Assembly: GCA_963702475.1 (NCBI GenBank)
Contig: CAVPCT010000006.1
Location: 32,001-96,000 of the forward strand
Length of the DNA: 64,000 nucleotides
Direction of reading: 5' to 3'
From: an uncultured Thermoleophilia bacterium
GTDB taxonomy: Bacteria > Actinomycetota > Thermoleophilia > UBA2241
A program made the translations under genes and the position numbers. Below are positions 29,470 to 40,733 of this stretch, in pieces (the first letter of the stretch is position 1; every line of letters begins with the position of its first letter). The notes beneath the pieces were generated by a model. That model did no database searches. It was not told the DNA's origin and saw only the letters and a program-made list of their open reading frames with translations.

Positions 29470-30828
29470 ATGACGTTCATCGACGACAGCCAGCTGGAGA
29501 AGACCCGCGAGCTCTTCGCCAGGTGCCAGGAGGTCATCTCCGGCGGCGAGTCAAGCTACGCCCGCCTCATCGGCACGCGACCTATCGTGATGGAGCGCGG
29601 CGAGGGCGCCTACTTCTTCGACGTCGACGGCAACCGCTACGTGGACTGGTGCATCGGGTACGGGCCCATGATCTTCGGCCACCGGCCCAAGCCGATCCTC
29701 GACGCCATCATCCAGCAGATCGTGCAGGGCGGCATGCTCTACACGTTCCCGCACGAACTGGACTACGAGGTCGGCCGCAAGATCGTGCAGGCCGTGCCGA
29801 GTATCGACCAGGTCCGCTTCGCCAACTCCGGCTCCGAGGCCGTACAGGCCGCCATGCGCCTGGCGCGCGCCTACACCGGCAAGGACAAGATCCTCAAGTG
29901 GGAGGGTGGCTACAACGGCTTCCTCGACAGCGAGGCCTTCTCCCACCAGCCGCCCCTGGACATCGCCGGGTACGAGCGGTTCCCGCGCACCGTCCCCTCC
30001 CTGGGCGGCATCCCCAGCGGCGCCCAGAGTGACGTCATCGTGGGCTGCTTCAACGACCTCGACAGCGCCGAGAAGATCATCAAGCAGCGGCGCGGCGAGC
30101 TTGCCGCCGTCGTCAGCGAGCCCATCCTGGCGGACGCCGGTATCATCCCGCCCGAGGAAGGCTTCCTGGACGGCCTGCGCCGCATCTGCGACGAGAACGG
30201 CGTGCTGCTCATCTTCGACGAGGTCATCACCGGCTTCCGCGTGTCGCTCGGCGGCGCCCAGGAGCTGTACGACGTGACGCCGGACATCACGGTGCTGGCC
30301 AAGGCCATGGGCGGCGGGACGCCCGGCGCGGCGTGCTTCGGCGGCAAGAAGGAGATCATGCAGCTGGAGGCCGACAACGTGGTGCTCCACGGCGGCACCT
30401 ACAGCGGCAACCCGATGGTCCTGGCCGGCGTCAACGCCGCGCTCGATATCCTGATCAACGACCGCGAGCGTGTGTACGGGCATCTCAACGCGATCGCCGA
30501 CGCCATGGTGGGCGGCATGCGCCGGATACTCGCGGAGCACGCGGTGCCGGCGCACATCAACCAGGTGGGCCCGATGTGGCAGGTGTTCTTCGGGCAGGAG
30601 GGCCCGGTCACCCGCTTCCGCCAGGCCCGGGCCAGCGACACGCGCTTCTTCGGCCAGTGGCAGATGGAGTGCCAGGCGCGCGGCGTGTACTTCCACAACT
30701 ACAACTTCGAGCGCTTCTTCGCCTGCACGGCGCACACGCAGGCCGAGGTGGACTACAGCCTCGAGGTCATGGACGAGACCATAAAGCTCGTGAAGACGCG
30801 CATGAGCCTGCTGCCGGCCGGGGTCTGA
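29470..30828 (+). CDS. Class III PLP aminotransferase (HemL/GSA aminomutase-like)
   Basis: DVDGNRYVD, RFANSGSEA, IFDEVITGFR, AKAMGG, GTYSGNP. Confidence 0.88.
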   Translation: MTFIDDSQLEKTRELFARCQEVISGGESSYARLIGTRPIVMERGEGAYFFDVDGNRYVDWCIGYGPMIFGHRPKPILDAIIQQIVQGGMLYTFPHELDYEVGRKIVQAVPSIDQVRFANSGSEAVQAAMRLARAYTGKDKILKWEGGYNGFLDSEAFSHQPPLDIAGYERFPRTVPSLGGIPSGAQSDVIVGCFNDLDSAEKIIKQRRGELAAVVSEPILADAGIIPPEEGFLDGLRRICDENGVLLIFDEVITGFRVSLGGAQELYDVTPDITVLAKAMGGGTPGAACFGGKKEIMQLEADNVVLHGGTYSGNPMVLAGVNAALDILINDRERVYGHLNAIADAMVGGMRRILAEHAVPAHINQVGPMWQVFFGQEGPVTRFRQARASDTRFFGQWQMECQARGVYFHNYNFERFFACTAHTQAEVDYSLEVMDETIKLVKTRMSLLPAGV

Positions 30829-30859
30829 CGGCGCGGGACGGGCGAGAGACAGATGGTGT

Positions 30860-30896
30860 GACGCGGACGGGCCGGCTCAGCCGGCCCGTCCGCGTC
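30860..30896. terminator. Perfect 17-bp stem hairpin between convergent genes
   Basis: GACGCGGACGGGCCGGC-TCA-GCCGGCCCGTCCGCGTC. Confidence 0.7.
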
Positions 30897-30900
30897 CGGG

Positions 30901-31313
30901 TCACTCGACGGGCGCGGCGATCGGGGTGAAACCGTGCTCGGCGAAGTGGGGGTCGAGCCCCAGGTAGTCGTGGATTCCGTGCCGTCGCATCACGGCGAAA
31001 CTGACGCAGTCGACGAGACTCAGCTGTCGCCGGTTGGCGAGCAGGAGCAGGTCGAGGCCATCCTCGGTGGTCGTCCTCCGTGACCCAGAGGACCTCGACC
31101 ATGGGCAGGAGTTCGTCGAACAGGATGCGGACCGCGTCTCATGCCGAGCCGGCGCTGCACCAGCGCCGCCGACTCGAGCACGACGTAGTTGGTGGTGACG
31201 AAGCCGGCGTCCTCGTCGATGCCCCGCCGCCAGATCGGGAACATCGAGCCGTAGCCGGCGTCGTCGGTGTCGAGCAGGGCGAACAGCGCGGAGGTGTCGA
31301 CGAAGACGGTCAC
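30901..31313 (-). pseudogene. vapC: VapC PIN-domain toxin with two +1 frameshifts
   Basis: VFVDTSAL, TTNYVVLE, SLVDCVSF, D.HF spread across three frames (shifts at ~31138 and ~31067). Confidence 0.8.
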
Positions 31314-31566
31314 TCGAGGATGGAGTCGGCGAAGTACTCGTCGTGCCGGGCGGAGACGTCGCCGAGGCCGGAGTGGAAGCGCCCGCAGGCGGCAATCGCC
31401 CTGGCCTTCCGCTCCTCCAGCGTGGTGGCCGGAGCCGCCGTGGCCGGGCCATCCGCTCGTCCACCGCCTCGCGGACGACCGCCGAGACGGAGATGTGGCG
31501 CTGCGCCGCTTCTTCCCGCAGCGCCGCAAGCTCCTCGGCGGTGAACTGGATCTGCACGCGTATCAC
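31310..31566 (-). pseudogene. CopG/RHH antitoxin (VapB-like) with one frameshift
   Basis: RVQIQFT..ISVSAVVREAVD, then GRFHSGLGDVSARHDEY in another frame; GTGA overlap with vapC. Confidence 0.78.
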
Positions 31567-31848
31567 TGTCGCTCCTGCGGTCATGATGGCAGTTGTACCG
31601 ACTATGATGGCATCCGTCGAGGATGACAATGGGTGCCCGCCCGTGACGCGTCGCGGACCTGGCCCGGCTGGTCCGTCTGTCGCTCGGCCGCGCAGTCCGC
31701 GAGGGCCCCACGCTGCCCGAGGCTCGCCCGTTCTGTATACTGTCCCGACTGTTTCAGCCGAGCGGCGGCGGTCGATGCATCCCCAGGCCCATCGCCCGAG
31801 AACTTATGCGGACGATCGGTGTCGCGCGGCGCCGGCGGAGGTACGAAC

Positions 31849-32130
31849 GTGACCGACGTCTTCCAGCAGATCCTGAACGGCATCAGCCTCGGGAGCACGT
31901 ACGCCCTTCTGGCCCTCGGCCTGGCGATCGTCTTCAGCATCATCGGCCTCGTGAACTTCGCCCACGGCGAGCTCATCACCTTGTGCGGCTACGTGATGCT
32001 CGCCGGCCTGCTGCTGGGCATGCCGTGGTGGGCCTACGCCCTGCTCGGCATCGTCGGCACGATCGTCGCGGCGCTCCTCATGGAGCGGCTCGCCTTCCGG
32101 CCGGTGCGCAATGCGAGTCCTCTCACAACG
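31849..32130 (+). pseudogene. LivH-type ABC permease, 3' truncated
   Basis: QQILNGISLGSTYALLALGL, NFAHGE, ERLAFRPVRNASP, then homology ends. Confidence 0.85.
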
Positions 32131-32263
32131 AACAGCGTTCGAGCACACTGCCGGTGAGGCAACGCGCTCGTTGACCGGGACGACCCTGCACGTCGTAATT
32201 GACGCTTGGCCTATCATCACTTCCAGTCGCCGACCTACGGACGAACGCTCTACTCAGCCACCC

Positions 32264-32908
32264 ATGAGCACCATTCTGGCCGACATCGCCGCAGCCGTGC
32301 GCGACGGAGACCACACTGTCTGCGCCGAGCTGGCAGATCGGGCACTCGAGGAGCACGACGCCCCCGAGATCCTGTCGCAGGGTCTCGTACCCGGAATGCA
32401 GGCGCTCGGCGAGCTCTTTCACGACGGCCAGGCGTTCCTGCCCGAGATCCTCATCAGTGCGCGGGCGATGCACGCCGGGCTCGGTCGGCTGCGCCCGTTC
32501 CTCGCGCGGGGGGGCGCGGCGATGAAGGGGACGGTGGTCATCGGCACCGTAGCCGGGGACCTGCACGACATCGGCAAGACCCTCGTCGCCCTGGTCCTCG
32601 AGGGGAATGGCTTCACGGTCATCGACCTTGGCGTCGATGTGGCCGCCGAGACCTTCGTCGACGCCGCCCGCGCCCACCGTGCCGACGTCGTCGCGCTCTC
32701 CGCCCTGCTCACTGCGACGACGCGGCAGTTCCGCACGGTCGTGGAGGCTCTGGAGCGAGCGCAGCTGCGCTCGCACGCGAAGGTGCTCGTCGGCGGAGCG
32801 GCCGTTTCCCAGGCCCTCGCCGATGAGGCCGGCGCCGACGCGTTCGCCCCGGACTGCATCTCCGCGGCTGCCGCCGTGGCGGAACTCGTCGCCGACCGGG
32901 CATTCTGA
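32264..32908 (+). CDS. Methyltransferase corrinoid protein (MtbC/MttC-like)
   Basis: Cap domain FLPEILISARAM, GDLHDIGK, DLGVDV, LSALLT, VLVGG. Confidence 0.92.
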   Translation: MSTILADIAAAVRDGDHTVCAELADRALEEHDAPEILSQGLVPGMQALGELFHDGQAFLPEILISARAMHAGLGRLRPFLARGGAAMKGTVVIGTVAGDLHDIGKTLVALVLEGNGFTVIDLGVDVAAETFVDAARAHRADVVALSALLTATTRQFRTVVEALERAQLRSHAKVLVGGAAVSQALADEAGADAFAPDCISAAAAVAELVADRAF

Positions 32909-32910
32909 GC

Positions 32911-34116
32911 ATGGCAGCCTTCACGCGAGAGCGGTTCCGAAGCATCTGCCGAGGCGAGCGGCCGGGTGACTTCGGCATCCTCGCCGACGTGTTCACGGTG
33001 CTCTCGTTCGAGAACTGCTTGGCGTGGGTCGCGCAGGGCGCACCCCCCTTCCTGGCGGAGGACTGGCCGGACGCCGGCACGGGGATACCGGAGGCCGTCC
33101 GCAGGTACTTCGATTTCGACGAGTCCCGGCTGCTGTACGAGGTGCACAGCGGCATCAACAGCGGCAGCGCGCGCGTGGGATTCAGGGGCGCCTCGTTCCG
33201 CGACGTCTCCTTCCTCGTCGAGCCGCCGTTCGGTCTCGACGTCGTCGAGGAGGACGACGAGAGCCTGGTGTTCGTGAGTCGCATGGGCTCGCACGAGAAG
33301 GTGAGCAAGGGGTCCGGTTGGGAGCTCACGCTGCCGGTCCAGCGGCCGGTGCGCGACCGTGAGACCTGGTCGCGGTTCAAGGAGCGGCTGGACCCTCAGT
33401 CGCCGACTCGCTATCCCCGAGATTGGGACGCGTATGTCGCCCGGGTGAACGCCCTGGACTGTCCGGTGGGCATGGAGGTGGGCGGGTTCTTTGGGTACCC
33501 CAACATGTGGATGGGCACCCAAGACCTCATGCTGCTCTTCTACGACGACCCGGGCCTCGTCGAGGAGATGATGGAGACGATCCTCCACCTCGAACTGGGC
33601 GTGGTGGCGCGCGTCGCCGCCGACATCGACCTCGACTTCGTCTGCTACTGGGAGGACATGGCGTACCGCTCAGGTCCTATGATTAGCCCGGCCATGACGC
33701 GCCGCTTCATGCTTCCTCGCTACGAGCGCCTCAACGAGGCTGTGCGCGCCGCGGGTTGCGACGTCTTCTTCCTCGACTCGGACGGCGACGTCGACCTGCT
33801 CGTCCCCCTCTGGCGTGAGGCGGGCATCAACCTGTTCTGGCCGCTGGAGTGCGCCGTCGGTATGGATCCGCTGGCGCTGCGCGCCAAGTACGGCAAGGAG
33901 ATCATCCTCGCCGGCGGCTTGGACAAGCGCGTCTTCGGCGCGGGCAGGGAGGCAATCGAGCGAGAGGTCATGGACAAGGTACCGGCACTCGTGCAGTCCG
34001 GCCCGTACTTCCCGGCCCCAGACCACGTGGTGCCGTCGGACACGCCCTTCGAGAGCTTCTGCTTCTACATCAATCTGCTGCGCCGCATCCGCGGAGACGA
34101 ACCGCTCGACCTCTGA
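32911..34116 (+). CDS. Uroporphyrinogen decarboxylase-family protein (MtaA/CmuA-like methyltransferase)
   Basis: WEDMAY, PMISP, LDSDG, PLEC, LAGGLDK, PAPDH. Confidence 0.85.
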   Translation: MAAFTRERFRSICRGERPGDFGILADVFTVLSFENCLAWVAQGAPPFLAEDWPDAGTGIPEAVRRYFDFDESRLLYEVHSGINSGSARVGFRGASFRDVSFLVEPPFGLDVVEEDDESLVFVSRMGSHEKVSKGSGWELTLPVQRPVRDRETWSRFKERLDPQSPTRYPRDWDAYVARVNALDCPVGMEVGGFFGYPNMWMGTQDLMLLFYDDPGLVEEMMETILHLELGVVARVAADIDLDFVCYWEDMAYRSGPMISPAMTRRFMLPRYERLNEAVRAAGCDVFFLDSDGDVDLLVPLWREAGINLFWPLECAVGMDPLALRAKYGKEIILAGGLDKRVFGAGREAIEREVMDKVPALVQSGPYFPAPDHVVPSDTPFESFCFYINLLRRIRGDEPLDL

Positions 34117-34120
34117 ACGC

Positions 34121-36849
34121 CTACTCCTCGGGCGACCGCTCGTCTGCGGCGGCCGCCCGGCCGGAGAAGTCGTAGCGCCCGCTGACCACCTCGAGGATGG
34201 GTCCGCGATCCGTCCACCGCACAGGTCCGAGCCCGTCGGCGGCCGCGATGTCCACTCCGCCCTCCGTGACGGGCGAACCGGGATCGACCGGCAGGCACAG
34301 CGAGGCGGTCAGACCGGGGGGCACCTCCACCTGCCACGCGAAGCGTTCGCCGTCTAGCGACCAGGAGCTCGCCAGGCGCCCGTGCGGCGTTTCGTACGAG
34401 CCACTGGCCCACGTGAGGCCACCTCCGGGCAGGGGAGCGAGCAGGGCGCGCCCGAAACCGGCCGCGCCCTGCTCGTCAACGCCGATGCCGGCGATGACGC
34501 GGTACATCCAGGCGCCCACCGCCCCCAGGACGTGGTGGTTGAGCGAGTTCATGGTGCGGTCCTGGAAGCCGCCCTCGGGCGTCCAGCCGTCCCAGCGCTC
34601 CCACACGGTGGTGGCGCCGTTGAGCACCTGAAAGAGCCAGGACGGGAACTTGGTCTGCAGGAGCACGTCGTAAGCCACGGCGACGTGACCAGCATCCGAC
34701 AGCACGTCGAGGATGTGGGCCGAGCCCAGGAAGCCGGTGCTGAGGCGCGTCCCGCGCCGTCGGAGCAGCTCGACGAGCGCGGCGGCCGTCGGCGCCATAG
34801 CGCCGCGCTCGAGCAACCCAAAACGCAGAGCGAGCACGTGTGCTGTCTGGGAGTACACGGCGAGGACGCCATCTGGGGAGCAGAACCTGGCTCGGAAGAC
34901 ACGCGCCGCGTGTGAGGCGGCGCCGGCGAAGCGGCGCGCGTCGGCCGGCAGGTTGAGCGCCGCGGCGATGCGACTCATGAGGCCGGTCACGTGTGCCAGG
35001 TAGGCGGTGCCGATGAGGTCGAGCGGGGTTTCGACCTCCGCAGCGCCGCCCTCAGGCGCTTGCAGAGCGTCGACCGGCGTCAGCCAGTCACCGAAGCCAC
35101 GGAAGTGCGGCGAGTCGGGGTGCGCCCGCACGCCGCCGACCAGCGTGCGCTCAACGTAGTCGACATAGCGCACCAAGGCGGGATAGTGGCTGCGCAGCAC
35201 TCGCTCATCGCCGTACAGCACGTAGTGCCTCCAGGCGCATATCACGGCGGCGTCCGCCCAGCCCGGCCCGCCGTCGCTCATGCCGAAGAAGCCTATGTCG
35301 GGCGCCACGGGGGGGTAGGAGCCGTCCTCGGACTGGCCCAACTCGAGATCCACGAGCCACTTCTCGAGGAACCGTGAGAGGTCGAACGTGTACGCTGCGG
35401 CAGGCAGCACCAGCTGCAGGTCGCTGGTCCACCCCAGACGCTCGTCGCGCTGGGGGCAGTCGGTCGGCACGTCGACCAGGTTGCCCTCAATCGACCTGAC
35501 GATGTTCGCGTACAGGCGCTCGAGCAGGGGATGCGAACAGGAGAAGTTTCCCGTCCTCTTCAGGTCGGAGCGCAGCACGTGTACGCGAAGCTCGGGCGGG
35601 TCCGCGGCATCCTGCGCCTCCGCCTGTACGTACCTGAAGCCGTGCACCGTGAACGAGGGCTCCCACGCCTCCACCCCCTCCCCGGAGAAGGTGTACGCGT
35701 CCGTCTGGCGCGCGTCGCCGAGGTTGTCGAGGTAGACGCTGCCGTCGGGGTGCAGGGCCTCGCCGTGTCGCAGCACGAGTGTGCTGCCGCGCCTCCCGCG
35801 GCCCCTGACGCCGCAGCGTCCTACGACGTTCGCGCCAACATCGTAGACCCACCAGCTCTCCCACTCGTCGAGGCGCCGGGGAGGAATCTCCGGCCTCAGT
35901 TCGCTCACCACCCGCACGGCTGGGCCGGGAGACGGGACCACGGCGATGCCGCTCACGTCTTGCGCCTGCGCCGGCCCCCACTCTCCGTCATCGAAGCGCG
36001 GCTCGCTCCACCCCCGCACGGCCCGGCGCCCGTCGTAGGCCTCGCCGAGGGCCAGGTCGGCGGCCAGCAGGGGGCCGTAGGTCACGCGGAAGCTGCTGTC
36101 CGTCACGACATCAACGACGGTGCCGTCCGCCAGCTGAACCACGAGGCGCGCCAGCACCAGCGGCCTCTCGCCGTAGTGCTGGCGTCCCACGCGGAAGAGA
36201 TGTCCACAGTACCACCCGTCGCCCAGCACGAAGCCCAACGCGTTTTCTCCCTCGCGCAGCTGCTCTGTGACGTCGTAGGTCTGAGCAAGAACCCGACGAC
36301 GGTAGTCCGTCCAACCGGGTGTCAGCTCACGGTCGCCAACTCGCTTGCCGTTGAGGAACGCGAGGTAGAGTCCCAGCGCCGTCACATACAGGCGAGCGCA
36401 GCGCGCTGGACCGGCGACCGCGAATACGCGGCGCAGGTAGGGCGGGGGGCATGTGGTGCGCGGGCCGCCACTGAGCGGCCCCCCAATCCACCGCGCGCCC
36501 CCCCAGTCGGAGGCCCGCAGCAGGCCGGTCTCCCACCACTCAGGGCCGGCTTGTGCCTGCTCGCCGTCCTTGCCCCAGACCTGCGCAGTCCACCAGACGC
36601 GTTCGGCCGACCCGACACGCGGTCCGCCTACGGCGCCTGCGTGGACCGCCCGGACTCCACGCGGCCGCTGTCCCAGAGCAGGTCCTCGCCGGCTGTGAGA
36701 TCAGCCGGCTCGCGTGCGGCCAGAACGCGGTAGGCGGACTGCCCGGCGCCACGCCCTTCAGCCGCGATCTTCCACGAGAGGCGCGGCCGGGTCTCTGCGA
36801 TGCCGAGCGGCCGCGCCTCACCCTCGCAGCGCAGGTCGTAGACCCTCAC
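34121..36849 (-). pseudogene. GH78 alpha-L-rhamnosidase with one frameshift at ~36628
   Basis: PRLSW, LLWDSGRV, LTPGWTDY, PTDCPQRDERLGWT, GATTVWERWD, MNSLNH; a TAC-to-TA deletion explains the break. Confidence 0.88.
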
Positions 36850-37603
36850 AGCTCTTCCAGCTGCGCGCCGCTCAGTCCTTGCGGCTCGACGCCGGCGCCC
36901 TTGACGAGGAAGAAGAGGCGTGCGCACTTGTCGGCGATGTCGACCAAGTCGAACGCTTCGAAGAGGTCCTCGCCCACCGCCACGCAACCATGCTTCTCCC
37001 ACAGCACCAGCCGGTGGTCGCGGAGCTCCTCCACCGTCGCGCGCGCCAGCTCCTCGCTCCCGGGGCGCACGTAGCGCACCAGGCCGACGCCCTCCGGCAC
37101 GACCACCTTCATCTCCGGGTGCATCGACCACAGCAGGTCGGTGAGCGCCCGCCCCGAGGCGTACCGCTCCACGTGCGTCAGGGCGATCAGGTGGTCGGGG
37201 TGGGTGTGCAGCACGACTTTCTTGGCGGGGTCGCTGCGCCTCAGGTGAGCGTGAACGGCGAGGTGGGAGACGAACTCCGACGTCAGGCGCGCGTCCTCTT
37301 GGCCGGCTCGCAAAGGATCTCGTAGCCGTCCGCCTTGTCCCTGATGCGGGCGAGAATGACGTTGTCCTCGGGGCGCTTGGCGATGTCCCTGAAGCGGGAG
37401 CCAGTGATCGTCACGAGGTACGTGCGTCCGGCCACCTCAGGGTATGGGATCGGCTCGATGACCTTTCTCACTGTGGTGGAGCGGGCGCACGACTCGTCCC
37501 CAGTCACGTCAAGCGAGAGGTTGCCGGCGTTGCGCTCGGCCCAGCCAAGCTCCCAGATGACGCGGGCGATGTCGGCGATTTGGGCGAGGGTGTCGTCGAT
37601 CAC
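36846..37603 (-). pseudogene. rhaD: Rhamnulose-1-phosphate aldolase with a frameshift at ~37310
   Basis: GWAERNAGNLS, TSEF.SH, HTHP, WSMHPE, WEKHG split over two frames. Confidence 0.85.
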
Positions 37604-37668
37604 TATAGCCTCCGGCCTGCGCCGCGAAGGTCAGAGCTCGTCGCCTTCGAGCAGCGGCTCGGACACGG

Positions 37669-39592
37669 CTAGCTTCTCCCGCTCCCGCGCCGCGCCGCCA
37701 GGGCGCGTCGCCTCGCTGGCCTCTCCCCGAGATACGCCTCGATGACGAGCGGGTCACTCTGCACCTCGGCGGGCGTGCCGGCGGCGATGATCTCGCCGCT
37801 GTTGAGGACGTACACCCACTCGCACAGGGTCATGATGAAGGGCAGGTCGTGCTCGACGATGAGCATGCTGCAGGCGCGCCGCTGTCGCAGCTCACGCAGC
37901 ACCACGAGGAGCTCACGCGTCTCCACGTCGTTCATGCCTGCGGCCGGCTCGTCGAGGAGCAGCAACGACGGGGCAATGGCGATGGCGCGCGCAATCTCGA
38001 GTCTGCGCTGCGAACCGTAAGGGAGTTCGCGCGCCCGCGACTCGGCCCACTCCACCAGGTCGAACTCCTCGAGGATGCCCTCCACCGAGTCCTCCGTCTT
38101 GTCCGTGCGGTGGCGGCCCCCGGCGACGAGGCCCACCTCGATGTTCTCGCGCACCGTCAGCTGTGAGAACAGGCGGATGTTCTGGAAGGTGCGGCCGATG
38201 CCGGCGATCGCCACCCCCCGGGGACCGTGGCGGGTGACGTCGCGGCCGCCGAACTCGATCCTGCCGCTCGTGGCAGGATCGACGCCGGAGATAGCGTTCA
38301 GAAGCACGGTCTTGCCGGCGCCGTTCGGGCCGATAAGGCCGACGATCTGGGCCTCGCCGACCTCGATCGACACGTCGTTGAAGGCCGTGAACCCGCCGAA
38401 CTTCTTGGTCGCCCCCGTCACCACGAGGCGGTGCGTGGCTGGCGGCGCCTCCCACGACCCCACCGTCTCGGGGTCGCGGATCGACCACGGTCGCGGCCGG
38501 CGTGGTGGCGGTCGGCTTCGCCGCGACTCCGCGCCGCCGCACCAGCGCCCAGATACGGACGAGCAGGGTCTCGATTTCGGCGTCGCCAACGAGACCGGTG
38601 GGGTGCCAGATGAGCACCGCCACGAGCACCACCCCGGTGAACAGCTGCGACAGCCCGAGGATGACGGGGACCTGCACCCCGAAGATCACGGGGCCGTCCC
38701 CGAGCACCCTGGTGGCCTCGCGGCCGATGGAGAGGACGACTGCGCCGAGCACCGCACCGCTCACGCTGTACATGCCGCCGAAGACGAGCATCGCGAGGAT
38801 GAGGAACGTGAGGTTGGCGAAGATGTCGCCGGGTGTGATGGTACCGAGGAAGTGGGCGTACAGCACGCCCCCGAGACCGGCCAGAGGAGCGCTCGCGACC
38901 CAGGCCCAGAACTTGGAGCGGGCCACGTGCACGCCCACCGTCTCGGCCGCGAGGTCGTCTTCGCGCGTCGCTTGCACGCGCAAGCCGACCCGCGAGGCGC
39001 GGAACAGCCGGGCCACGACGATGGCCGCGATGGCGCCGACGCAGGCCACCATGAGCGTGGTGGATTGGGGAATGGCGTAGAACGCCTCAGCCCCGCCGGT
39101 TAGCGGTTTCCAGTTGATGAGCACCGCGTTGACGATGACGAGGAACGCAAGGGTGAAGATGGTGGCAGCGAGCTCCTGCAGGCGCGCCACTGCAACGCCG
39201 ACCAGGGCGGCGACCGCGGTGGCTAGGACGATGCCGGCCGCCATCGCGAAGGGCACCGGCAGCTGGACACCGGCGAGACCCCAGGGCGCGTTTGGTATGG
39301 CGAAGTTCTTGACCGTCGGCGGCACGCTCAAGATGGCGCTGGTGTACGCAGCGAGCGCCGCCAGGCTGATGTGACCCAAGCTGATGATGCCGGTGTTGCC
39401 GATGAACATCTGCATCGACACGCTGAGCACCACGGACACGGCGAGGACGATGGAGAAGCGCTCGCCGATGCTGCCGCGCACGCCCGAGTAGGCGAACAGG
39501 CCGGCCATCAGTGCGGCGCCCAGCACCAGACCCCAGAAAGCCCCGCGAACGCCCGGATGGCGGACGCCGAGCAGCAGGGCGTCGCCGCTCAT
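37669..39592 (-). CDS. LivM-LivG ABC permease/ATPase, probably fused, with a frame break at ~38480
   Basis: LivM: ISLGH, LTGG, GGMYS; LivG: GPNGAGKT, RTFQN, LPYG, LLDEPAAG, EAYLG; no separate LivG RBS. Confidence 0.75.
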
Positions 39593-40482
39593 ACGCGGCT
39601 TGCGCTCGCAGCGCCGAAGAGGCCGTTGGGACGAATGGAGATGACTATCGCGACCACGACGAACACGAAGCCCTGCGTCAGACCCGTCATGCTGGGCGGC
39701 AGCGTCGCGCGCAGGGCGACCTCGATGCCTCCCAGCAGGAACCCGCCGACCACGGCGCCGCCGAGGCGCCCGAACCCTCCGATGACGGTGGCCACGAACG
39801 ACATCAGCAGCACGGACTGGCCCATCATCGAATCCACCGTGGCGCGGCGCCCGACGATGGAGATGCAGGCGAGCGCGGCCAGCACGCCGCTGATGAGAAA
39901 AGCCGCGAGGATGACGCTGTCGGCCTTGATACCCATAAGCCGAGTGGCATCGAAGTCCTCCGCCGCAGCACGCATCGCCCTGCCCAGCGTCGTCCTTCGC
40001 AGGACGAGGGTGAGTACCAGCAGCGCCGTCGCCGTCATGAGGATGGTGGCGATGTTGAGCAAGCTGAACTGGGCAGACAGGACACGCACCGACCGGCCTA
40101 GCCAGTCGGGTGGCGGCAGGGCGCGCACCCGTGTGGAGATGAGCGTCTGGAGCAGGCTGAGGATGATGATGCTCAGGCCGAAAGAGGTGAGCATCATCGT
40201 GGTCTCCGAGGAGTTGCGCACCGGCCGGAAGGCGATGCGTTCCATAAGGTAGGCGACCAAGGCGCCGACGAGGATGGCCGAGAGCGGCGCCAGCAGGAAC
40301 GGGAACGGGATCCCGAAAACCACTAGGGCGTACATCGCGAAGCCGGCCAGCGTGATGATCTCGCTGTGGGCGAAGTTCACGAGTCCCATGATGGAGAAGA
40401 GGATGGCCAGCCCAAGTGCGACGAGAGCGTAGATGCTGCCCAGGCTCAGGGCGTTCACGATTTGCTCGACGACCTCGCGCAC
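39589..40482 (-). CDS. livH: LivH-type branched-chain ABC permease
   Basis: LGSIYALVALG, NFAH, GRAMRA, IGGFG. Confidence 0.9.
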   Translation of the reverse strand: MREVVEQIVNALSLGSIYALVALGLAILFSIMGLVNFAHSEIITLAGFAMYALVVFGIPFPFLLAPLSAILVGALVAYLMERIAFRPVRNSSETTMMLTSFGLSIIILSLLQTLISTRVRALPPPDWLGRSVRVLSAQFSLLNIATILMTATALLVLTLVLRRTTLGRAMRAAAEDFDATRLMGIKADSVILAAFLISGVLAALACISIVGRRATVDSMMGQSVLLMSFVATVIGGFGRLGGAVVGGFLLGGIEVALRATLPPSMTGLTQGFVFVVVAIVISIRPNGLFGAASASRV

Positions 40483-40536
40483 CCCGGCTCCTCTCCTGCC
40501 CGCATCCCGCTTCGCCGCCGACAGAACGCATCGATG

Positions 40537-40590
40537 TGGACCAATGGTCCAGTTCGCGCGAGTTTAGACCGACGTTTCGGCGAAGGTCAA
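40537..40590 (-). promoter_or_regulatory. livH promoter with a GntR/FadR-like operator
   Basis: Minus-strand TTGACC-N18-TAAACT followed by the 7-1-7 palindrome TGGACCA-A-TGGTCCA (40537-40551). Confidence 0.55.
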
Positions 40591-40733
40591 GAACGCCGTG
40601 CAGAGGTCGCGGGTGGGGTCCGCAAGCCCTCTGCTTGCGGCCCACCGCCAGACGCCTGTACTCTCTCGCCCATGCGCTCCCGAGCTGAGTCGTATGCGGC
40701 CGACGGGCGGGCGCCGAAGGGCCGAGGGACGAC

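Noticed and set aside
36628-36630. In-frame TAG in GH78 as pyrrolysine or readthrough
   Set aside because: Homology continues in a different frame; a one-base deletion (TAC to TA) explains it
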